Position numbers and translations under genes: made by a program | Source of the DNA: Nitrospirota bacterium | GTDB taxonomy: Bacteria; Nitrospirota; UBA9217 | NCBI GenBank assembly: GCA_963845065.1 | Contig: CAWJQQ010000001.1 | Span: forward strand, 256,001-320,000 | DNA: 64,000 nt | Direction of reading: 5' to 3' | Shown: positions 20,098 through 31,646 of the stretch, one piece after another | Layout: every line of letters begins with the position of its first letter | Numbering within the stretch: the stretch's first letter is position 1 | The notes under the pieces: model-generated | The model's input: the letters and a program-made list of their open reading frames with translations, nothing else | Databases searched by the model: none | Told to the model about the DNA's origin: nothing

Positions 20098-20745
20098 TTA
20101 TTTCCCCGCAACCAACCTTACACCCATATCAAATGCCTTTTGGCAATCCATAGGGAATACTTCTTCATGCCTCAGCTTCTTTTTTAATGGGTCAAAACGG
20201 GTATTAAGAACCTTGGAATAGTCATCAAACTGCAATGTGTCAAAACTGCACATATATTCAGACTCCCCAAAGATTCTCCGAAGTGCTTCATCATAGCGAT
20301 TGAAATTGACTTCATACTTCCATTCATGCATAACTTCCTCGGTGACATTCATCGTGTAGATGAACCCGGTCTTTATCTTCTTGGGAAAAAGTGAACCTGG
20401 TGGATTGGTATAGGTCGTATACTGAAACATCAGACGCTCAAGGAACGACTTCATCTCGCCTGAGATATCGCCCCAATAAATAGGGGAACCCATCAAAATG
20501 GCATCGGCCTGTTCAATCCTGCTGAAGATAGGAGCCAAGTCATCCTGAACAATGCATTTACCATAACTTTTCCCACCAAGGGTTTTACAGGCAAAGCAAC
20601 TTATGCACCCTTTATAGTTGAGGTCATAGAGATGAATCAGTTCCGCTTTAGCGCCCTGTGAGGCAGCACCTTCGAGAGCCTTTTGCAGAAGGATTGCTGT
20701 GTTCCATTTCTTCCTTGGACTTCCATTCAATGCAATTATTTTCAT
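20098..20745 (-). CDS. Flavodoxin-like iron-sulfur flavoprotein
   Basis: NGSPRKKWNT, CISCFACK...C, GSPIYWG. Confidence 0.9.
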   Translation of the reverse strand: MKIIALNGSPRKKWNTAILLQKALEGAASQGAKAELIHLYDLNYKGCISCFACKTLGGKSYGKCIVQDDLAPIFSRIEQADAILMGSPIYWGDISGEMKSFLERLMFQYTTYTNPPGSLFPKKIKTGFIYTMNVTEEVMHEWKYEVNFNRYDEALRRIFGESEYMCSFDTLQFDDYSKVLNTRFDPLKKKLRHEEVFPMDCQKAFDMGVRLVAGK

Positions 20746-20867
20746 GGGATTATCCTTTCATGACGGTAGCTACTTACTTACCTTTAGCCTGCTTCTTTTT
20801 CAGTTCGAGGATTTCCTGCATCACTTCCGGAATTTGTCAATGACTTTGAGACACCCCTCGTCCGAAT

Positions 20868-21887
20868 TTAGTGTACTTTTTCCTCGCTCAGAGGGACCGG
20901 TTTCGGTTTGTTAATCCAAACTGCAGCCGGTAATGAAGGAGGAACAGGCGCTTTCTTCACAAACCGTTCAGGATGTGCCTCATACGCGGTGAGAAGCACC
21001 TCGCCTCTGGCTTTTTGCACATCCTTCGCAAATCCGTAGTGGACGGACTCCGGCGTGTGCAGTCCGATGCCGGAGTGATGATGCTCTGTGTTATACCAGG
21101 GAAAGAAGATCTGACCGAAACTTCGGCTATCCTCGATGCAGCCGAATCGGTCGGGGAAGTCCGGCATATACTTGAGCGTCTTGAACTGAGACTCGGAAAA
21201 TGGATTATCATCACTCGTATACGGTCTGCTGTGGGTCTTAGTGATGCCCAGATCGGCCAGGAGCAAGGCAACCGGCCTGGACCTCATGGACGAGCCACGG
21301 TCTGCGTGAATAGTGAGTTGTCCTTTTTCGATGTTCTGCTTTGCACAGGTTTCCTTGATGAGTCTTTCCGCCAATGCAGCCGATTCCGCAGGGGCGATCA
21401 TCCAGCCGACGACGTAGCGGCTGAAGATGTCCAGGATCACATAGAGATAAAAATAGGTCCACTTTGCCGGGCCTAAAAGCTTGGTAATATCCCAGGACCA
21501 GACTTGGTTCGGTGCCATGGCCAAAAGCTCCGGCTTCTGATACACAGGATGGGTGAGCTGGTTCCTGCGTTCCTTGACCTCCTGGTTTTCTTCAAGGATG
21601 CGGTACATGGTGCTTATAGAGCATTGATATGAGCCTTCATCCAATAGGGTTGCGTAGACCTCCTGAGGCGCCTTGTCCACGAACCGATCAGAATGGAGGA
21701 CGTCAAGCACTCCTTGCCGTTCGTCTGAAGACAGAGCACGCGGAGGGCTCGGACGTTTCAGCGGCTCCATGAGAGGCGCATTTTTCCGCGCCTGCGTCCG
21801 GTAGAACCCTGAACGAGGGATATCAAGCGATTCACATGCTGATTTGATCCCGACATCAGAGGAAAGAGTAAGAGCGGCTTCCATCAC
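20868..21887 (-). CDS. IS3 OrfB transposase
   Basis: PNQVWSWDITKL, DIFSRYVVGW, HADRGS, DNPFSESQFKTLK. Confidence 0.95.
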   Translation of the reverse strand: MMEAALTLSSDVGIKSACESLDIPRSGFYRTQARKNAPLMEPLKRPSPPRALSSDERQGVLDVLHSDRFVDKAPQEVYATLLDEGSYQCSISTMYRILEENQEVKERRNQLTHPVYQKPELLAMAPNQVWSWDITKLLGPAKWTYFYLYVILDIFSRYVVGWMIAPAESAALAERLIKETCAKQNIEKGQLTIHADRGSSMRSRPVALLLADLGITKTHSRPYTSDDNPFSESQFKTLKYMPDFPDRFGCIEDSRSFGQIFFPWYNTEHHHSGIGLHTPESVHYGFAKDVQKARGEVLLTAYEAHPERFVKKAPVPPSLPAAVWINKPKPVPLSEEKVH

Positions 21888-22387
21888 TCGTTCTCTCCAT
21901 TCTCGTCGGTCGCAATCGGGATCCCCAGAAGCTGTGATATTTTTTTTTGAACGTCGTTGATGATTTCTGCCTTTCTGAGGCGATTGGTAAGCCGCTCATT
22001 CTCCTTGCGGAGCCTCTCGTTCTCTGCTGCAAGAGGATTGCGGACTGATTCCTTGCGACCCCGCTTCTTAGGCGCGAGGGCGGATAGTACGCCGCGGTCG
22101 CGCTGACGACGCCAGGTGTCGAGATTTGATGCATAGAGTCCCTCGTGGCGCAGGAGCTTGCCAAGGCATCCAGGTGTGTTGCAGGCATCGGCAAGCGTAA
22201 GGACGCGAAGCTTGTATTCAGCCGTAAAACGTCGCCGAGCGGCTTTAGCCGGAACCTCGGAGTCTGGCAGGATCGAAGGCGCACCTTGAGACGGATTGAC
22301 TTCTTGCGGGGCTCCGCCCCAGGGAACCTCAGTCGCCCTACGAGCTCCTTCGTATCCTTGGGTTGCTTTGATCTTTGCTGCTATCAT
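21884..22387 (-). CDS. IS3 OrfA
   Basis: RRRFTAEYKLRVL, LLRHEGLY, coiled coil; ATGA overlap with orfB. Confidence 0.9.
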   Translation of the reverse strand: MIAAKIKATQGYEGARRATEVPWGGAPQEVNPSQGAPSILPDSEVPAKAARRRFTAEYKLRVLTLADACNTPGCLGKLLRHEGLYASNLDTWRRQRDRGVLSALAPKKRGRKESVRNPLAAENERLRKENERLTNRLRKAEIINDVQKKISQLLGIPIATDENGENE

Positions 22388-23831
22388 AATGATTTCTCCT
22401 CCCCGCCCTCTACTCTAATTTACCATAGGGGAGGTGTCTCAGTTATATTGACACAGAGGGTTCAGCCCGTGTCAAAAGCCCCTTACGCTCCAAAAGATTC
22501 ATCATAGCTTCTTGCTGAAAGACGGTGGCTACAAGGACTTCCTCGATGGAATCGGTTTGTTTTGGGTCGAGTTTTTGAGACATGTGTCACCTCAATATAA
22601 TCTAGCTAATCCACTGCTTATAATCGCAACCGAAACAATAGTTTGAGCATCCCCAAAAAGCCATTGTTTACCGTTTTTAGTTCCGCTTCGTTTAATTAGG
22701 TCGGCACATGCCATGAACATGCTCCTTGGCCTGTAGCACACTTTCCCAACCATCACTACAAATTGCGCCAACTCTACTCCCGTTAACTATATCTGTAAAA
22801 GGTACTAGCTGAACCTGTCGTGAACCTGTGAATGCTAAGCTATATATAATGATATTAATAATATTATCGGTAATCCGGAAAATAACCTCTCCTTTTTATT
22901 TACCATAATTAATCACCATTCTAAAGGTGCTGACCTTTACAGATTATAACATCATTGTCTAAAACCCAATGAAAAAATATTAGCTATTTCTATCTTTTAG
23001 AGAAATGTTAGCCGAAATAAAGTTAAGCAGGCATTATGTAGAAATAATTTGTGGATACAATCTAACATAGTATCAATAAAATATCAAAAGAGCCCCGTCG
23101 GGTCCATACCCCGAAGATTAAATCCGCGTCAGTCGCGGAGGTCGGGTGAAACACCTTTCATGAAACCAGATTTATTTATAGAACAGAGGATATGCTTCGT
23201 AACAGCATGTTAAAGTTGACAATCGGATGTGAAAGAGTTGTGCAGGGGGTATAGCCTGAGGGCTATTTTATGTGCTTGAGCATGATAACGGGATTCAGCT
23301 CCGGGGAAGACTGTGAAAGAAGTGCCGAGGAAGATCTTTCTTCGTTTGAGTTGGCTATATTAGCAGGAGGATAATCTGTGAGCTCTACAAATAGTACAGG
23401 ATCATCCGCAAGGTTTAATAATTCTGGCGGCGTAAAAGGGCGAGGGAACAAACTTCTCTGTGGCTCATGTGTTTAACCAGACGATCTGCAACATCATGAC
23501 ATCCACGGTGCGGCTGCTCCGTGAACCATGCGGGCGATAAGGTTGATCAGAAAATTGTCACGCAGGTGCTGCTTCGCAGAATAATTCATTGTTTTGGAAA
23601 GCCGTTTCCGGGCGTGATTCATGGCTGTGGTGGCTGTGTTTGCCTGCTTTGAACATTCTTCCCTGCATGCAGTTGCCTTGTAAAGCGCGAGCCGCATCGC
23701 TTCTCCCAACCCGCTGTCGAGATTGCTATGTCAGGCCCATCCTGCGTTTTCCCGCCTTTGAATTTATTATCTATGATCAACGCTTCTTCCTGTAAGACAT
23801 TCGTGAAGCTTCATGAAGCAAATCACTCTAG

Positions 23832-25390
23832 GAGTCTGTCGGACTTAACGATCTAATCCGAAGACTATTTGTTCAAAGTTCTGTGATCATCAGCATTTTG
23901 ATCGGTTCTCATCGATCAAAGTAGCTTGTAGTCTGTTCTTTCTTATCACTATTAACTCAAGGCATGCAGCCTTTTCAGGTTCCAGGCGATGCAGACCAAG
24001 TCCCATTCGCCTTGTGCCGACTCAAAGCCTCGCAGCAGGAACTGCCGGAACCCCATGACTGCCTTGATAATGCCGAAGACTGGTTCCACCGTACTTTTGC
24101 GTTTGGCGTAAAGTTTTTTCCCAGCCAGTGTCCGAAGCCGGTGCTTCATCCTCTTAACCGCATCAGCACCGTCAGGCAGCGGCAACGGCTCACGGAATCG
24201 ATTCATGAGCGGCTGGTTGTGCTGATCCCGACCAAAGGCAATGTACGGCGTGATCTTGTTTTTCTCGCAAGCACCAACGTTGGTTTCGCTGTAGAAGCCG
24301 TTGTCGCTAATAAGCGAATCTACCGTACCAAGCGCGTGAGGTAGTGCCACAAGGTTGGCGACTGCTGGTTCCAGCTCACGCTTGTCGTTTGTTTGCTGAC
24401 TCACGTGGCTGGTCACGATCATCATTGTATCGGTATCAACGCCAGCCTGAGCATTGTAAGCCTGCTCAAAGCCTCCACCGGATTTTTTCATGATCCGGGA
24501 TTCGCCATCCGTCAGGTTGACCTGGTCTCGGCCCTTGACGCCGGGGGTCGGCGGCTGCGGTTTAGGACCGCGCGGCTTTTTGCCGGACCGCTGTTCTTTT
24601 TCGGCGCGCTCGGCCAGATTTTTATCATAGGCTTCTTTTTCCTGGGCGTAACGTTCGGCGGCTCGCCGCTCAATCTCGGCCTTGGCGTCGGCTATCGCCT
24701 TGAGCCGCTCGGTCCGCCGGGACAGTTCTTCCGGGATGTTCATTCCATCCGGTAGATCGGCTTGGTCGGCAGCTTCCGCCTGCCGAAGAAGTTCAGCCAC
24801 TTCCGCCTTGAGCTGCTCTTCCAGCTTGCAGGCGTGAGCGTAACTCAAGGCCTTATGCTTGGAGGCATTTGCCTTGACCTTTGTCCCATCCAGACTCACG
24901 GTGCCCAGTTTTAAGATCCCTGTCTGTTGGGCGATGAGCAGGATCTGGACGAACAACGGCTTTAGCTGCGGCAAAAACCTCTTCCGAAACGCAGCGATCG
25001 TGTCATGATCCGGATGGGCATTGGCCGCGATAAACCGAAACGCTACTGAATCATAGGTACTCCGCTCCAGTTTGCGGCTGGAGAACACCCCTGTAGCATA
25101 TCCGTAGAACAGGAGCGCCAAAAGCATCTCCGGATTATAGGGCTGTGATCCACGACCGGCATACGCGGCTTTCAAAGAACTAAGGTCAAGCTGGTCGACG
25201 ATCTCGACAACGAACCGTGCGAGATGGTCTTCGGGCAGCCAGTCTTGAAGCGATGGTGGCAATAAGTAGAGTGTTGACTGATCATAGTCGATAAACTTTA
25301 CGCTCATCTTTGTTCAACCTCGCATATGCGTAATTGAAAAGCTAATCGACTATAGCATATTTTATTTCGTCGGGAAAGTCCGACAGACTC
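23832..25390 (-). mobile_element. IS1182-family insertion sequence at a duplicated CTAG
   Basis: TIRs GAGTCTGTCGGACTT / AAGTCCGACAGACTC; CTAG at 23828-23831 and 25391-25394. Confidence 0.92.
23952..25307 (-). CDS. IS1182 transposase
   Basis: LPEDHLARF, SSRKLE, LDGTKVKANAS, YNAQ, DNGFYS, RKSTVEPVFG. Confidence 0.95.
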   Translation of the reverse strand: MSVKFIDYDQSTLYLLPPSLQDWLPEDHLARFVVEIVDQLDLSSLKAAYAGRGSQPYNPEMLLALLFYGYATGVFSSRKLERSTYDSVAFRFIAANAHPDHDTIAAFRKRFLPQLKPLFVQILLIAQQTGILKLGTVSLDGTKVKANASKHKALSYAHACKLEEQLKAEVAELLRQAEAADQADLPDGMNIPEELSRRTERLKAIADAKAEIERRAAERYAQEKEAYDKNLAERAEKEQRSGKKPRGPKPQPPTPGVKGRDQVNLTDGESRIMKKSGGGFEQAYNAQAGVDTDTMMIVTSHVSQQTNDKRELEPAVANLVALPHALGTVDSLISDNGFYSETNVGACEKNKITPYIAFGRDQHNQPLMNRFREPLPLPDGADAVKRMKHRLRTLAGKKLYAKRKSTVEPVFGIIKAVMGFRQFLLRGFESAQGEWDLVCIAWNLKRLHALS

Positions 25391-28300
25391 CTAGATCGAG
25401 CACTTCCCTGACCGTCCGCAATAAAGTCTGGGGGGAAGACGGCTTCGAAAGAAAATGCAGTCCTTTCTCGAGCACACCTTCTTTCTGAATCAGGTCAGCC
25501 GGATAACCGCTCGTAAAGACCACCTTTATGTTAGGATTGCTTCGTCTCACTTCCTCGAGGACCTCCCTACCGCTCTTTTTCGGCATGATGACGTCCAAGA
25601 TGAGCAGACTGATCCTGTCGCGGTTCTCCCGGAACTTCTGCAGGGCATCTTCCCCATCCACAGCCTCGATGACGGTATACCCGAACTCCTGCACTATTCC
25701 GAGTCCCGGACTATTACCAGGTAATTTCCTTCAGCCCACGTTTTTCGACTTGTAAACCACACTCACTCGGCATAGTTTGACCCCTGTAAGTAAATCTTAT
25801 TGCAAGAAAGGAGTCGACTACGAAGTGCATTGTCAATGATGACGTAATTCTTTCAAGGCGGTTAGTGGGTCCACTGTCGGCTTACATTGCTGGGTTTGCG
25901 AAGTGGGCACGAAACCACTGAATGGCAAATTCAGTCGGTATCGAGCGGGGACCAAATCCTTGGCTTCCTCAACAATCTGCAAAGCCCAATAAAACTATGC
26001 CGAGTGATTTGTGAGTACTATTCATGTTCTATGCAGCAATATTTGGCTGTACGCAACTTGGCTCCCATCTAACTCGGCATAGTCCGGGACTCGGAATAGT
26101 GGCGTCTATTCCGCATGCGGAATAGTCGACAATATATTTCTGTTCAACAGTCTTACGGTCTCATTGTCCTCGGCAAACAGGATAGCCTCGGTTCCTCCCC
26201 GGAGCGGCTGCAGGACCTCGGGATGCCTCTCTTCTCCGGTCGGGGCACTGACAATGGGGAAGTATATCCTGAACGTTGTTCCTTCGCCGGGTTCGCTGTA
26301 CACATTGATATAGCCTTTGTTCTGCTTCACAATGCCATATACGATGGAAAGCCCGAGCCCTGTTCCTCGACCGACCTCCTTGGTCGTGAAGAAAGGTTCA
26401 AATATTTTTTGCTGCTTTTGTTTATCCATACCCTCACCAGTATCGCTCACCGTCAGCACAGCGTAGTTGCCGGGCAATCCAAAACCATGCGTCCGTACAT
26501 ATTCGCTATCGAGCATCACCCGCCCTGTTTCAATCATGATCCTTCCGCCCTTCGGCATTGCGTCCCGCGAGTTGGTGGCCAGGTTCATCAGCACTTGCTC
26601 AATCTGTGTTGGGTCGACGAATATCGCCAGCGCCTCATCGCTAAGCGATGTCGACAGAACAATATCTTCGCCAATCGTCCGGGCAAGGAAGTTTTCAACC
26701 TTGCGAATACTTTCGTTCAAGTCAATGTCTTTGGGATTAATGACCTGCTTCCTGCTGAACGCAAGAAGACTTTGGGTCAGGCTGGCCGCGCGTTCAGCTC
26801 CCGCAAGGATCTGGTTCAAATGTTCCCTTAACGGGTCATCAGTCCGCATTTTCATCTGCAGGAGATTACCGTATCCGACGATTGCAGCGAGGATATTATT
26901 GAAATCATGGGCGACCCCTCCGGCGAGTTGGCCGATGGATTCCATTTTTTGAGCATGGAGAAGCTGCTGTTCGAGTTTCCTGCGTTCGGTAATTTCGATG
27001 CCAGCACTGATAATATAGCGCTGGCCATTGATCACCATGCGGGATCCCGTGAGATAGTAGGGGACGGACAGCCCGCTTCTGGTCACCAATGAAGCTTCTA
27101 CGGAGGCCCTGCCGGTCTCCAGTACCTCCCGAAGATGCGTCCCCATCAGCTCCCGGTCGGCTTCGAACAACCTGAGAACGGTCATCTGTGAGATCTCTTC
27201 ATAGGAGTACCCTGTCACGGCCTTTTCATTATCATTCCAGCGAACCAGCCGTCCCTGCTCGTCGCAGATGTAGAACACGCCGGGAAGACTGTCGACGACC
27301 ATATCGGAAAATGCCTTTTCCTGCACCAGGGCCTGTTCGACGCGTTTGCGTTCGGTGACGTCGCCCACGATGCACACCGTGGCCAGCGGTTCTCCGATCG
27401 GGTTCGGCATAGTTGTAATAGTCAAACTGAGGGTGCGGTGCGAGTTTTCCTGGTCTTGGTAGTCAACTTCAAGACTGCTGCCGGCACCGCGTCGGATGGC
27501 CGATTCCAGTGTTTCGGCAAACTTGGGATTGCTGCTAAGACTACTGGTGGGCCGATTGCCCACAAGGTCCTCTTCACGACACTTGAACAAGGTGCAGGTT
27601 GCATGGTTGACCAGCCTGATAATCCCGTCGGAATCGATTACGATGAGCGCGTCTTTCATAGTATCGATGATCTGGCGGGAGGCGAAAGCAGCAGTTATCG
27701 GCGTGAAGAGGTAGCGGACTATTGAGTAACCCGAAATCATGGTGTACAAGAAGATCGCGACATAACCCAAGGGATACCACGGAATGCCAAAGGTTCCAAG
27801 GAAATCGACGACGGCAAAGGACCCGATCGCAAAGGCTAAAATTAATATCCTGGAGCGTCTCTTCTCGATTGAGTCCCTGATAACATTGCGGTACCCTGCT
27901 GCGTAGCTGCGGAACGTAATGATCATTACGGTGAAGAAATAAAGCATAAAGGGTATGCCCGTTACGCCGTATTTGGGAAAATATCCCCACCAGTAATGGT
28001 AGAGGGTCTTGAACTGGATATCGGTTGTAAGGATGAGCGTGATGAAGAGAGCGCTTATGATCCAGAAGATCAGTACGCGTTTTCTGAGCCGCTCATAATC
28101 CTGCTGGATCAGTGCAGTGAGATTGTAAACAGCGGCCGGTATGCTGCCAATACCGATATAGGCGACTTTTGCCCACCACATCGCTATGTTCACGTCGGTA
28201 GCGCTATACATGCGCGAGAAAGCATAAAGCCACACGCCTATACTGGTCGTCTGTATGAAGTATGCCACACTCACCCGTGATCCTTGATCCCGTATTAGCG

Positions 28301-28400
28301 CATAGATGCCAAGCAAGGTAACTGAAAGCGCAACCGCGGCCGTCTGGACAGCGAGCGGGGTCAGGGAGTAAGCAGCGTTATCAGAAAAAGTATTCAGCAT
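25391..28400 (-). pseudogene. 7TM-PAS-PAS hybrid histidine kinase with receiver domain split by a MITE
   Basis: LAGGVAHDFNN H-box and GTGLGL; receiver ILFAED...NRNIL joins QEFGYTVIEAVDG in frame once 25692-26129 is removed; IS1182 sits in the last codons. Confidence 0.88.
25692..26101. mobile_element. 410-bp MITE with perfect 23-bp TIRs
   Basis: CACTATTCCGAGTCCCGGACTAT (25692-25714) / ATAGTCCGGGACTCGGAATAGTG (26079-26101); no transposase inside. Confidence 0.85.
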
Positions 28401-28749
28401 GTGTTTCCTTATGAATGCAGCCGGACCCAGAATGCCGGATCGGGCCCCCTCAGGATGACGTCTATTTTATTGCCAATAAGCCTTATTACTGGAATCGCCA
28501 GGATTCTGGCCGCTAATAAGAATAATGAAACTGAATTTATATTACTAGAATTTTTTGTTTTGTCTAGTATTATTTGTTTATAAACAAAATCCTCTCCTCA
28601 ATCTGGACGTCCGCTCGGCGCGGAAATGTCCTTATAATTGGAAGTTTACCTCCAATATACTGCAACCAGGTCTCCCTCATTCATTTAGCTGACAACCCGA
28701 TCCATCGGAAATTACAATTGTTTCTTGCTTTTCCCATGTTATTTCGCGA

Positions 28750-29246
28750 CGAGCTCCGGGGATGTTTATGTCGATGCTTCACCACAAAGCCGAAAACGCT
28801 GGCGGTAAAGTAACCGAGTTTTCTACCCGGAGCACAAAGCTTTCCCAGACATGCCATTGCGGAACAGTAGCCAAAAAATCATTGTCCCAAAGATGGCATG
28901 CCTGCAACTGCGGGGTAAGCACCCAGCGTGATCTCTATTCCGCATTCCTTGCAAAGCATGTTTCTAACGATGTCCTCGACACGCGTCAGGCTGCCAAAGC
29001 CTGGCCGGGTGCAAACCTGCTCCTGGAACGGGCGGTGTTGAGGGTGCAGTTTGAAGCGGCAAAGGGTCGAATTCATCCAACCAGCTTCGGTATCAAGCAA
29101 GAGAACACCACGAACCGGAGACAGAGCTGCTCGTCCGTTAAAGGCGGATCAACGACAGTCGAGGCCGACAACGTTCGTATTGTTGCCGGAGAGCCTGTCG
29201 GTACAGCCGCTAGAACCCTCTGGCTTTAGACATGGGGAGTGGTCAG
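28750..29246 (+). mobile_element. tnpB: 3' remnant of an IS200/IS605 element: TnpB Zn-ribbon/RuvC-III fragment plus right end
   Basis: RAPGMF...LSQTCHCG...SLSQRWHACNCG...RDLYSAFLA; right end AGAACCCTCTGGCTTTAGACATGGGGAGTGGTCA. Confidence 0.85.
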
Positions 29247-29321
29247 ATCACTGTACTATCGAAAACATATATGATATCTTATAAGTATCAATGTTGTTCC
29301 AACTACGCAGGAGGAATTAAT

Positions 29322-30002
29322 ATGAAGCGAGTAAAATTCATTTCCCTCATTACGGCAGTAATTAGCATCCTCGCCTGCCTCATCGCGACTACGGTCGCAT
29401 ATGCGCAACAGGAGTTTCCGCCGCCCCAAGGCAAAGGACGCGTGGTCGTCATAGCCTCCGGCATGTCGGGCCCGGCGCACTATGTCACGGTAGCCCGGGA
29501 GATCGCTAAATTCGGATATGACGTCGTTTTATTCGACGGCAATGCGATGAAAGGGACCAAAGGGGAGGGCGTTAAAACAGCGATTCTACAAGCACAACAA
29601 ATGCCGCACGCTCTCTCTGGAAAGGTTGCCTTAGTCGGCTTCTCCCTCGGAGGGGGCATGTCACTTTATTACGGCACACAATGGCCCGATCTGGTGGCCG
29701 GTGCCGTCGTCTGGTACCCCGCAACCATCTTTATTCGTGATGTACCCGGCTTCGTGAGCAGATTAAAGGTGCCAGTGCTCATGTTCGCCGGTGAAGATGA
29801 CACCTACCGGGACTGCTGTCTGGTCGCTAAGGCACGCACTTTGGCAGCGGCGGCAACCGGAAGCGGCTTGGCATTTGAGCTGATTACCTACCCGAACACG
29901 AAACATGACTTTGTCAAGGATGGTTATCACTACAATTCCAAGTCCTATTCTGACGCCCTACAACGGACGTCAGCCAAACTCAAGGAGTACCTGGGCATGT
30001 AA
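29322..30002 (+). CDS. Secreted dienelactone-hydrolase-family alpha/beta hydrolase
   Basis: Signal peptide, GFSLGG nucleophile elbow, AGEDD, YPNTKHDF; RBS GGAGG. Confidence 0.88.
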   Translation: MKRVKFISLITAVISILACLIATTVAYAQQEFPPPQGKGRVVVIASGMSGPAHYVTVAREIAKFGYDVVLFDGNAMKGTKGEGVKTAILQAQQMPHALSGKVALVGFSLGGGMSLYYGTQWPDLVAGAVVWYPATIFIRDVPGFVSRLKVPVLMFAGEDDTYRDCCLVAKARTLAAAATGSGLAFELITYPNTKHDFVKDGYHYNSKSYSDALQRTSAKLKEYLGM

Positions 30003-30119
30003 AGCAACCCAATACATCCGTACGTTTCCTGATTCGAAATCGAATGTGATCGTATATCTCCGTTACAATCAAATAACGTATTGTGATTACTTATCGCCCG
30101 AAGAGTTCGGAATGACGGA

Positions 30120-30290
30120 GGCAGTCGCAGCAGTTGCGCTCAATAGAATGAATGTTTCAAAAGGGATATTACACTGCAATTTACAATCTATATTCTTCTC
30201 ATCAATCAAATGTGGATCATTGTGAGTTTCAACTACAATCAAACGACTTTAGTAGAGGCGCAACAACAACGAATACAAGTTCAAATATGT
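30120..30290 (+). repeat. CACCTAC-core site (core CAACTAC, 30230-30236)
   Basis: TTACAATCTATATTCTTCTCATCAATCAAA...TCATTGTGAG matches the 53994 left arm; CAAAA exactly 72 nt upstream; GAATACAAGTTCAAA in the right arm. Confidence 0.75.
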
Positions 30291-30474
30291 ACTTAAATGA
30301 GCGGCGCGCCATAAGCAATACTATAGTCATGACTGCTATGTTCTGTTTGTTTTATTTGCCCTGAACAACGCCTCGACTGTATAGCACACGCATCAGGTGC
30401 CTTATAAAAGTTGTCGCTCCTTTCTGTTTGAAGGTTACAAAATGGAGTGTGTTGGTAATAGCTGAGGCTCTTAT

Positions 30475-30593
30475 TGAGCCGCAAAAAACACCAGACTCCA
30501 ATCTGGTGATGAAGCGGCAGCCCGTAGGGCTCATGCAAGATTTTTGCATGTAAAATTTAAAGAAGCCACCAGCTCCCGCTGGGGGAGTTTCAC
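30475..30593 (+). mobile_element. 119-bp non-autonomous IS200/IS605-type element, copy 1
   Basis: TTAT|TGAGCCGC...four hairpins...TTCAC; near-identical copy at 38945-39063. Confidence 0.85.
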
Positions 30594-30864
30594 TTTTTGA
30601 GCAGTAATGGATGGACAACGGAACAATTATGATTTCCTCAAATTGCTTATTTGCGATTGTGCACAACGTTTCCGGACAAACGGTGTCGCACTTCATTTCT
30701 CCCTCCTACGCAAAAAAAATTCTTCAGAAAATTTATGTTTTCTATCCGTAAGACGCAATTTGTATTGCCTCAAAAGAATGAATTTTGGGCAGGATGGCGA
30801 TCTCAATAACAGAAGGGTTAAATGGGTATCCATTGATACCCGGTTATGTGCGATCAAACTTAAC

Positions 30865-30945
30865 TTGACAAAAATCAGCTACCATGTTATTAACTACCAC
30901 GTTATTATTGGATAACAATGTTATTGTTGAATAACTATGTTAGTG
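30865..30945 (+). promoter_or_regulatory. tetR promoter with four operator-like repeats
   Basis: TTGACA followed by TACCATGTTA, TACCACGTTA, TAACAATGTTA, TAACTATGTTA. Confidence 0.65.
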
Positions 30946-30952
30946 TAATTTA

Positions 30953-31564
30953 ATGGGAATCAAAGAAAAAAGAGCCAAATACAAGGAGGAGTTTCGTCGG
31001 GAAATTCTCGATGCAGCTCGTGAACTCTTTTTGAGTAAAGGGTACGAAAAGTTCTCCATGCGCAGGCTCGCAGAAAAGATAGAATATTCGCCGCCTACTA
31101 TTTATCTTTATTTTAAAGACAAGGATGACTTGCTTTTCGCAATCTGTGAAGAATTTACAGAACATTTTATAACTCATCTTAATTATATTAGGTCCCATTC
31201 GAATGATTGTCTCGATACACTTCGTCAGGCCCTGCTGTATCGCATAGACTTTGGACTCAACAATCCCGATCAATACAGGGTATTTTTTCTTGCAAAGCCG
31301 GATGGTTACGGTTCGCAGGAGCAATTTATGAAAAAGGAATCGATGGCACGGGATTCCTATCTTGTATTAAGAGAAATAGTACAGGAGTGTATTGAAACAG
31401 GACAATTCCGGAATTTGGATGCAGAGGTAATAACACAGGTTCTGGCCGTCGCAACCCACGGATTAATAGCCGTGAACATCTTTAACAAAAATTTCCCATG
31501 GGTTGATCGAAACATGCTTGCTCATGTGTTGGTTGACGGATTGCTCAGGGGATTTCAGAGATAA
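30953..31564 (+). CDS. TetR/AcrR-family regulator
   Basis: ILDAARELFLSKGYEKFSMRRLAEKIEYSPPTIYLYFKDK HTH. Confidence 0.95.
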   Translation: MGIKEKRAKYKEEFRREILDAARELFLSKGYEKFSMRRLAEKIEYSPPTIYLYFKDKDDLLFAICEEFTEHFITHLNYIRSHSNDCLDTLRQALLYRIDFGLNNPDQYRVFFLAKPDGYGSQEQFMKKESMARDSYLVLREIVQECIETGQFRNLDAEVITQVLAVATHGLIAVNIFNKNFPWVDRNMLAHVLVDGLLRGFQR

Positions 31565-31646
31565 GTTTATGCATGCGAATTTAATGCAGCATACAAAAGT
31601 CAAAGAGAAAGTGCTGCTTATTACTTAGGATTTGGAGGAATAGAAC

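Larger units (their letters stand above)
20828..22464 (-). mobile_element. IS3-family insertion sequence (lower boundary approximate)
   Basis: IRs TGTCAATGACTTTGAGACACC / GGTGTCTCAGTTATATTGACA; overlapping orfA and orfB. Confidence 0.9.
20774..22583 (-). pseudogene. Small (~60 aa) helical protein split by the IS3 element
   Basis: 22583-22465 MSQKLDPK...EAMMNLLERKGLLTRA joins 20829-20774 EVMQEILELKKKQAKGK*. Confidence 0.7.

Noticed and set aside
28762..29229. Functional TnpB nuclease
   Set aside because: N-terminal HTH/WED and RuvC-I/II regions are missing.
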